From the NCBI GenBank assembly GCA_001465015.1, contig LNEO01000113.1:736-64735 (forward strand): DNA of 64,000 nt, given 5' to 3'. This stretch comes from Deltaproteobacteria bacterium Ga0077539. GTDB lineage: Bacteria > Myxococcota_A > Polyangia > Polyangiales > Ga0077539. The translations under genes were made by a program, and so were the position numbers. This document shows, in pieces, positions 57,884 to 64,000 of the stretch; within the stretch, counting starts at the first letter, position 1; every line of letters begins with the position of its first letter. The notes beneath the pieces were generated by a model. That model was given only the letters and a program-made list of their open reading frames with translations. It did no database searches and was not told where the DNA came from.

Positions 57884-59073
57884 GTTCGTAGGGCCTCCAC
57901 GCCGGGGAGAGTGCGGCCTTCGATGAGCTCGATCGCCGCGGGGCCGCCTCGCGACACGTGCGACAGTCGCACGCCGAGGCCGCTCTTGTACGCTGCCGCC
58001 GCGGTGTCGTCACCGACGGCGAGCGAGTAGCCTGCGGCCTCGACGATCGCTCTGCCGATCACCGCTGTTCCCGCGAAGAATACGGGGTTTTCTGCGAAGC
58101 CCATCGGACCGTCCCACAGCACGGTCTTCGAGCGCATGAGCCGCTGTCGATACGCCTCGAGCGTGTCGGGGCCGACGTCGAGCGCCATGGCGTCGCTGGC
58201 AAACCCATCGACCGACGAGACGCGCCCCTCTTTTGCGTCCGTCGCGGGCGCCGCGACCAGGTCGACCGGGAGGTGCACGTCGACGCCGCGCTCCTTCGCG
58301 CGCGCGAACCAATCGCGCGCCGCGGCGAGCTTGTTGGGGTCGATCGAGCTCTTGCCGAGCTTTTTTCCGAGCGCGACGAGCACGGTGTTCGCGACGGCGC
58401 CGCCGAGCAGCACCTCGTCGACGCGGCCGAGCAGCGACTCGAGGAGCAGGAGCTTCGACTCCACGCGACCTCCGCCGATCACCGCGACCGACGGGCGCTC
58501 TGCGCGGTCGATCCATCGATCCATCGCCTCGAGCTCTCGTCGCAGGCACGCGCCTGCCGCTCTCGTGACGATCACCTTGGCCAACGTGTGCACCGACGCG
58601 CTCTTCTGCAGCGACGCGCGCAGCGAGTCGTTGACGTACACGTCGACGAACTTCGCGATGTCCCTGGCGAACACCTCGTCGTCGGCGTCTTCGCCCTCGT
58701 GCATCCTGAGGTTCTCGAGCATCGCCACGCGTCCGTCGCGCAGGTCGTGGACGACCTTTCGAACGCCGTCTCCCACGCACTCGTCCGCGAGGACGACGTC
58801 TTGGGACAGCAGCGCTGCGAGCTGCGCGGCGACGGGCTCGATCGACGTCGAGGACTTCTTGCTGTCCTTCTTTTGCTTTCCGATGTGGCCCGCGACGATG
58901 ACCCGCGCGCCAGCGGCGAGCAGGTGTTTGAGCGTCGGCAAGCTCTCGCGCAGCTTACTGTCGTCGCTCACTCGGCCGTCGGCGAGCGGAACGTCCGCGT
59001 CGATGCGAACGAACACGCGCCGCGAGGCCACGTCGAGCTTCTCGAAGGATTCGATGCGATCGAGCAGGGGCAT
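57880..59073 (-). CDS. pgk: Phosphoglycerate-kinase-like protein, divergent at many conserved sites
   Basis: Full-length PGK alignment (RVFVRID, SLPT, ENLR, DVYVND, LPVD, LDVGP, GPMG, EGRTLPGVEAL); GTGA overlap with tpiA; see findings for the substitutions. Confidence 0.85.
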   Translation of the reverse strand: MPLLDRIESFEKLDVASRRVFVRIDADVPLADGRVSDDSKLRESLPTLKHLLAAGARVIVAGHIGKQKKDSKKSSTSIEPVAAQLAALLSQDVVLADECVGDGVRKVVHDLRDGRVAMLENLRMHEGEDADDEVFARDIAKFVDVYVNDSLRASLQKSASVHTLAKVIVTRAAGACLRRELEAMDRWIDRAERPSVAVIGGGRVESKLLLLESLLGRVDEVLLGGAVANTVLVALGKKLGKSSIDPNKLAAARDWFARAKERGVDVHLPVDLVAAPATDAKEGRVSSVDGFASDAMALDVGPDTLEAYRQRLMRSKTVLWDGPMGFAENPVFFAGTAVIGRAIVEAAGYSLAVGDDTAAAAYKSGLGVRLSHVSRGGPAAIELIEGRTLPGVEALRT

Positions 59074-59144
59074 AGAGATTGGTCAGGCAATACACGAGGG
59101 ATGTGCGCGCCAACGAGCGCGCAGGGCCGAATCGATGATCGCGG

Positions 59145-59360
59145 TCACTCGATGACGAGGATGACCGCGTCTTCTTCGATCGGCGAGTTGGGGGCCACTT
59201 TGATCTCCGTCACCGTGCCGCTCACCGGGGCTTCGACGGGCATCTCCATCTTCATGGACTCGAGGATCACGACGGTGTCGCCCTCGTTGACCTTGTCGCC
59301 AACGGCGACCTCGACCTTCCAAACCGTTCCCGTGATGTGAGCCTTCACCTCGGTAGCCAT
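59145..59360 (-). CDS. Stand-alone biotin carboxyl carrier protein, 71 aa
   Basis: MATEVKAHITGTVWK...VILESMKMEMPVEAPVSG with the MKM biotinylation motif. Confidence 0.92.
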   Translation of the reverse strand: MATEVKAHITGTVWKVEVAVGDKVNEGDTVVILESMKMEMPVEAPVSGTVTEIKVAPNSPIEEDAVILVIE

Positions 59361-59520
59361 GTCGGGTTCTTCGCCTTCGTCGCCGCTCCACCGGTCAGAA
59401 GTCCGTCCGTTCGTGGGAATCACTGAACGGATGAACAGCCATTTGGGCGGATTCCGTTGGGACCGTACCGCCCGCGAAAACTTTCGTTCAAGCAGAACAA
59501 ATCTTTTTCGGGTGCCGCCC

Positions 59521-59543
59521 GTCAGATGTGCTGACAGTATAAT
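59521..59543 (+). promoter_or_regulatory. Perfect TATAAT -10 element with adjacent inverted repeat GTCAG-N5-CTGAC
   Basis: GTCAGATGTGCTGAC (59521-59535) then TATAAT (59538-59543), ~55 nt upstream of ATG 59598, in an AT-enriched divergent spacer; no clear -35. Confidence 0.55.
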
Positions 59544-59597
59544 CGTACAGTCTGGCTGATACGCCTGACGTAGCTGTCTCCGATGGAGGCTCCCGCC

Positions 59598-60311
59598 ATG
59601 ACCCGCGACGACTCGACCATGACCTCGCTCCGCGAACTGCTCGCCCTCGAAACCGCGCGCATCGAAGCCGACCGTCAGGAGCAAGCCGCCCGTGTTCTCG
59701 CCCGCGTCGCAGAAGAGAAGCAGGCGCGCGACGAGGCCGAGAAGGCCGCCCGCGACGCCGAGGCGTCCCGCGTGGCGCAGGCCGAGGCGCGCATCGCCGC
59801 AGAGTCGCGCATCGAGGCCGAGCGCTCTGCGCGTGACTTGCAGGCGAAGCTCTCTGTCGAGCACCAGAACAAGCTCGCTGCTCTGGACGAACGGCTCGCT
59901 CAGGAGCGCGCCGCCATCGCTGCCATCCATGCCCGCTCCGCTGCCGCTCGGTCGCGCAAGACCAAGATCGTCGCAGCGGTCGTGTGCGCTGCGGTCGCCG
60001 TCGCCGGCGTCTTGGGAACGAGCGTGTCGGCGAAGATCGACGCGTCCATCCGAGCCTCGCAAGAGCGCTCCGCCGCCGCTCGCGCTGCCGAGTCGAGGGC
60101 GCTCGCGGACACGGTCTCGCCTGTCGTCGCGCCGGCGCCGATCGTGACGCCAGCGCCGACGCCCATCGCGGTGACGCCTGCTGTTCGCCCGGCCATGCGC
60201 CCGCGGCCCGCGGTGCGTCCGCGGCCGATCACGACCCCCACCAACGACCCGTTCGCGCGCCTGTCGAACATCGACCACGGCGCGAACCCCATCAACGGCA
60301 TCGATCGCTGA
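59598..60311 (+). CDS. Coiled-coil single-TM protein (divergent paralog 1)
   Basis: GGAGG RBS; DSTMTSLRELLALE; E/R/A helix; EH...LA; one TM; Pro-rich tail. Confidence 0.85.
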   Translation: MTRDDSTMTSLRELLALETARIEADRQEQAARVLARVAEEKQARDEAEKAARDAEASRVAQAEARIAAESRIEAERSARDLQAKLSVEHQNKLAALDERLAQERAAIAAIHARSAAARSRKTKIVAAVVCAAVAVAGVLGTSVSAKIDASIRASQERSAAARAAESRALADTVSPVVAPAPIVTPAPTPIAVTPAVRPAMRPRPAVRPRPITTPTNDPFARLSNIDHGANPINGIDR

Positions 60312-60347
60312 GCTTTTTTGCTCGAAATTCACTCGGAGGAATCAGTC

Positions 60348-61094
60348 ATGGCCGAACCCAGAGAAAACAGCGTCCTGTTCTCGCTCAAAGAGCTCATGAG
60401 CATGGAGGAGGACCGCGTTCGCCAAGAAGAAGAGCAGAAGAAGCGCGAGATCGAAGAGACGCGCGCCCGCAAAGAAGCGGAAGTCCTCCGCGCGAAGCAG
60501 GAAGAAGAGGCTCGCATTCGCGCGGCCGAAGACGCGCGACGCGCTGAAGAGCAACGGCGTCAGCAAGAAGAAGAGCGCAAGCGCCGCGAGAAAGAAGAAG
60601 GCGAGCTCCGGATTCGCCTCGAGGCCGAGCAGCGAGCGAAGGCTGAAGAGCAGCACCGCGCGCTCGAGCACGAGCGAAAGCTCGCTGAAATCGCAGCGAC
60701 GCAGAAGAAGGGCGCGCCCGTGGGACTGGTCCTCGGGATCGTGGGCGTCGTGCTCCTCGGCGGCGGCGGCGGCGGCTTTTACTTCCTCAAGAAGTCACAG
60801 GAAGACGCGCGCGCTCGCCAGGAGGCCTCCGATCGCGAGGCTGCGACCGCTCGCGCCGAGGCGAGTCGTCGCGAGGCTGCGACGCAGGCCGAGCTCGCCG
60901 CGGAGCGCGCCCGGGCGGACATCGCGTCGCGAGAAGCGCGCGAGGCTGCGGAGCGGGCCAGCGAGGCGCTTCGCAACTCGCAACGGCAGCCCACCCCGCA
61001 GGTCACGCACACTGTGCGACATCGTACTCGTCAGACAAATTCCACGCGGACCAACCAGAACAACTCGATCGAGCGCTTCGAGGGCCTCGACTGA
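60348..61094 (+). CDS. Coiled-coil single-TM protein (paralog 2, ENSVLFSLKEL motif)
   Basis: GGAGGA RBS; MAEPRENSVLFSLKELM; charged helix; TM VGLVLGIVGVVLLGGGGGGFYF. Confidence 0.9.
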   Translation: MAEPRENSVLFSLKELMSMEEDRVRQEEEQKKREIEETRARKEAEVLRAKQEEEARIRAAEDARRAEEQRRQQEEERKRREKEEGELRIRLEAEQRAKAEEQHRALEHERKLAEIAATQKKGAPVGLVLGIVGVVLLGGGGGGFYFLKKSQEDARARQEASDREAATARAEASRREAATQAELAAERARADIASREAREAAERASEALRNSQRQPTPQVTHTVRHRTRQTNSTRTNQNNSIERFEGLD

Positions 61095-61738
61095 GCAAAC
61101 ATGGATTGACCGTAGAAAATCTCGCTGCTATTAAAACCCCGTCACTCACAGTTACAGCCTGTGTGGAGGATTCGGATGGCCGATCAGAAGGAGAACAGCG
61201 TCCTCTTCTCGCTCAAGGAGCTCATGAACATCGAGGAAGAGCGCCTCAAGCAAGAAGAAGATGATCGCCGCCGCAAGGAGCAGGAGGAGGTTGCCCGCAA
61301 GGAAGCCGAAGTCCTCCGCGCCAAGCAGGAAGAAGAAGCTCGCATTCGCGCGGCCGAAGATGCTCGGCGCGCCGAAGAGCAGCGGCGGCTTCAAGAAGAA
61401 GAGCGCAAGCGCCGCGAGAAAGAAGAAGGCGAGCTCCGGATTCGCCTCGAGGCCGAGCAGCGAGCGAAGTCTGAAGAGCAACATCGCGCGCTCGAGCACG
61501 AGCGAAAGCTCGCTGAAATCGCAGCGACGCAGAAGAAGGGCGCGCCCGTGGGCCTGGTCCTCGGGATCGTCGGCGTCGTGCTCCTCGGCGGCGGCGGCGG
61601 CGGATACTACTTCTACAAGAAGTCGCAGGACGACGCGCGCGCTCGCCAAGAGGCTGCCGATCGCGAGGCTGCGACCGCTCGTGCTGAAGCGGCTCGTCGC
61701 GAGGCTGCGACGCAAGCCGAGCTCGCCGCGCAGCGCGC
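60465..61738. repeat. Colinear 446-bp near-identical direct repeat (60465-60910 and 61293-61738)
   Basis: Same length; includes a 78-bp perfectly identical run (60564-60641 = 61392-61469). Confidence 0.9.
61106..61134 (+). promoter_or_regulatory. Sigma70-type promoter upstream of paralog 3
   Basis: TTGACC-17 nt-TATTAA with TGn immediately before the -10, in an AT-rich spacer. Confidence 0.5.
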
Positions 61739-61928
61739 TCGCACTGAAGCGGTGCAACGTGAGGCGGCGAACGCGGCGCAAGCTGCGGCTGCGGCTGCGG
61801 CAGCGGCAGCAGCGCGACCGACGACCACGACCTCTGCGCCGACTCGCCGTCCACGCGGCGGTGGAACGCGGCGTTCTGGCGGCGGCGGCAGCGGAAGCCC
61901 CGACGATTTCGGCAACCTCGGCTTCTGA
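61176..61928 (+). CDS. Coiled-coil single-TM protein (paralog 3, ENSVLFSLKEL motif)
   Basis: GGAGGA RBS; MADQKENSVLFSLKELM; central part nearly identical to paralog 2. Confidence 0.9.
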   Translation: MADQKENSVLFSLKELMNIEEERLKQEEDDRRRKEQEEVARKEAEVLRAKQEEEARIRAAEDARRAEEQRRLQEEERKRREKEEGELRIRLEAEQRAKSEEQHRALEHERKLAEIAATQKKGAPVGLVLGIVGVVLLGGGGGGYYFYKKSQDDARARQEAADREAATARAEAARREAATQAELAAQRARTEAVQREAANAAQAAAAAAAAAAARPTTTTSAPTRRPRGGGTRRSGGGGSGSPDDFGNLGF

Positions 61929-61946
61929 GAACATCGAGGCGTCCAA

Positions 61947-62678
61947 GTGCAGGTACCGCCGCTGTCTGTTGTGGCGACCTCGCCGAAGGATCGTCTTGCG
62001 TTCGCGTTGGATGTCGACGATCTGGACCAGGCGAAGGCGTGGGTCACTCGGCTCGCTCCTTCGATTGGAGTGTTCAAGGTCGGACTCGAGCTGTTCGTGC
62101 GGTTCGGGCCGCGCGCGGTCGAGGTCGTGCGCGAGGCGGGCGGGCGATGCTTCCTCGACCTGAAGTTGCACGATATTCCCGAGACCGTCGGGCGCGCTGT
62201 GCGATCGGCGGTCGACACGGGCGCGGAGTTTCTGACGATCCACGCGAGCGGCGGGCGCTCGATGCTCGAGCGTGCGGCGATCGAGGGCGGCGGGAAGATC
62301 AAGCTCCTCGCGGTGACCGCGCTAACGTCCCTCGATGATCGCGCGCTCGCGGGCCTCGGCTTTCAAGGAACGGCCGAGGACTGCGTACGTCGCTGGAGCA
62401 CCATCGCGATGGCGTCGTCGGTGCGCGGCGTCGTGTGCAGCGCGCGCGAGGCCCAGGGGCTGCGCGCGATGTTTCCCGATGTGTTCATCGTGACGCCGGG
62501 CATTCGTCCGGCGGGCTCGGATGCGGGGGATCAAGCGCGCATCGCCAGCGCGTTCGACGCAGTTCGTGCCGGGGCAGATCTGTTGGTGGTGGGGCGTCCC
62601 ATTCGCGACGCGAGCGATCCCGAGGCGGTGGTTTCGGCGCTCGTCAAAGAGATCGAATCCGCGCTCGCGATGCGGTAG
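61947..62678 (+). CDS. pyrF: Orotidine-5'-phosphate decarboxylase
   Basis: FALD, KVGLELF, FLDLKLHDIPETV, TIHASGG, VTALTS, VTPGIRP, VVGRPI. Confidence 0.97.
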   Translation: MQVPPLSVVATSPKDRLAFALDVDDLDQAKAWVTRLAPSIGVFKVGLELFVRFGPRAVEVVREAGGRCFLDLKLHDIPETVGRAVRSAVDTGAEFLTIHASGGRSMLERAAIEGGGKIKLLAVTALTSLDDRALAGLGFQGTAEDCVRRWSTIAMASSVRGVVCSAREAQGLRAMFPDVFIVTPGIRPAGSDAGDQARIASAFDAVRAGADLLVVGRPIRDASDPEAVVSALVKEIESALAMR

Positions 62679-62691
62679 AACCGCGGTCGCT

Positions 62692-63810
62692 GTGAGCAAT
62701 TCGAAGTCTGCTGTGCGACGTATCGCGGTGCTGACCGGAGGCGGTGACGCCCCTGGTCTCAACGCTGTTCTCTTCGGGCTCGTGACGCGAGCCGAGGCGT
62801 TGGGCATCGAGTGCCTGGCGAGCGAGGACGGCTACGAAGGGTTGATCAAAGGGTGCCTCGTGCCGCTCGACGCGGCGAAGGTGCGCGGGATCTCGTCGCA
62901 GGGCGGCAGCGTGATCGGCTGCAGCAATCGCGCGAATCCGTACGCGTATCCTCGCCGCAATCCCGACGGCACGCTCGTCACCGAAGACGTGTCTGCGCGC
63001 GTCGCCGAGACGGTGAAGCGCGAGAACGTCGACGTCGTCGTCGCGCTCGGCGGCGATGGAACGATGGCGATGACCTCGCGCCTGGCGCTCTTGGGCGTGC
63101 GGTCGGTGGGCGTTCCGAAGACGATCGACAACGACCTCGCTGCGACCGACGTGACCTTCGGTTTTCAGAGCGCGGTGGACTTTGCGACGATGGCCGTCGA
63201 TCGGATTCACACGACGGCCTCCGCGCACGACCGCGTGATGATCATCGAGGTGATGGGGCGATACGCCGGTTGGATCGCGCTCGAAGCGGGGCTCGCCGGC
63301 GGCGCGCACGTGATCGTGCTGCCCGAGTTCGAGTACGACGCGCAGCGCATCGCCGACGCGATTCATCGCCGCGCGTCGCAGGGCGTCAACTACTCGATCA
63401 TCGTGATCAGCGAGGGCGCAAAGCCCATCGGCGGAACGCACGCGATCACCAAGGACATGCCCGCCGGGCACCTCCCGAAGCTCGGCGGCGCCGGCGATCG
63501 ATTGGGCAAGGCGCTCGAGCCTCTCGTCCCCGATCACGAGATCCGCGTGACCGTCCTCGGTCACGTGCAGCGCGGCGGCTCTCCGGTGCCGTTCGATCGG
63601 GTGCTGGGCATTCGTATGGGCGTCGCCGCGGCAGAGGCGGTCGCCGCGGGCCTCGAAGGCGTGATGGTCTCGCTCAAGGCGGGCAGGATCGTGACCGTCC
63701 CCATGAGCGACGCGGTGGGACGAACGCGCAACGTGACGGCCGAGGACGAGCGCGTGCTCGCGGCGCGAGCCGTCGGCGTCGAGTTCGGCGTCGACTTCGA
63801 TCGGCGATGA
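62692..63810 (+). CDS. pfkA: 6-phosphofructokinase (PfkA family, group III type; GGDGT suggests ATP donor)
   Basis: LTGGGDAPGLN, GGDGT, PKTIDND, EVMGRYAGWIAL, VISEG, LGHVQRGG. Confidence 0.95.
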   Translation: MSNSKSAVRRIAVLTGGGDAPGLNAVLFGLVTRAEALGIECLASEDGYEGLIKGCLVPLDAAKVRGISSQGGSVIGCSNRANPYAYPRRNPDGTLVTEDVSARVAETVKRENVDVVVALGGDGTMAMTSRLALLGVRSVGVPKTIDNDLAATDVTFGFQSAVDFATMAVDRIHTTASAHDRVMIIEVMGRYAGWIALEAGLAGGAHVIVLPEFEYDAQRIADAIHRRASQGVNYSIIVISEGAKPIGGTHAITKDMPAGHLPKLGGAGDRLGKALEPLVPDHEIRVTVLGHVQRGGSPVPFDRVLGIRMGVAAAEAVAAGLEGVMVSLKAGRIVTVPMSDAVGRTRNVTAEDERVLAARAVGVEFGVDFDRR

Positions 63811-63845
63811 CCTCTCGATGACGATCGCGCGGTAAGCTCGGGCGT

Positions 63846-64000
63846 ATGTCTTCGTCTCCGAGTGCGCGATTCGCGCGGCGCAGCGCTGCGTTCTTGATCG
63901 CTGCCGCGGCCGCGATCGACGCGAGCGCGTGCGTCCGCGCCAGCCCTCAGCCAGACACCGGGGTCGCGCAGGACGGCGGCGCTGACGACTCGTCCTCCAC
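63846..64000 (+). CDS. Start of a probable lipoprotein (runs off the window end)
   Basis: MSSSPSARFARRSAAFLIAAAAAIDASAC.. open to the end, followed by an Asp-rich linker like the other lipoproteins here. Confidence 0.5.
   Translation, partial: MSSSPSARFARRSAAFLIAAAAAIDASACVRASPQPDTGVAQDGGADDSSS

Noticed and set aside
62692-63810. PPi-dependent phosphofructokinase
   Set aside because: The motif is GGDGT (Gly), not the Asp-containing GGDD/GGED form associated with PPi use.

Overview
High-GC (roughly 70% by eye) bacterial chromosome segment, densely coding (about 45 genes). It is rich in Ser/Thr kinases, PEGA/TPR proteins, Cys-rich lipoproteins and RHH-FHA proteins, which points to a myxobacterium, probably Polyangiales-like (inference). 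Most of the window is core genome: ABC-F ATPase, persulfide dioxygenase, nadB, lytic transglycosylase, mrp/apbC, rarA, ftsK, secG, tpiA, a pgk-like gene, pyrF and pfkA. No rRNA, tRNA or CRISPR array was found. The left ~4.6 kb is an accessory block bounded by nested IS66 remnants. It holds the end of a tightly coupled operon of conserved uncharacterised proteins whose last gene (3389..4135) resembles a small double-jelly-roll (DJR) viral major capsid protein, with no other viral genes in view. This is the best candidate for an undescribed system, possibly a domesticated capsid or compartment. The second highlight is a full-length EF-Tu paralog that has lost its GTPase motifs but kept domain II, placed head-to-head with the ABC-F gene. 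The window also carries several other intact but motif-degenerate proteins: PGK, protein glutaminase, histidine kinase, transglutaminase, PilZ and a cyclase domain. All family calls come from motif recognition by eye; no database searches were run.
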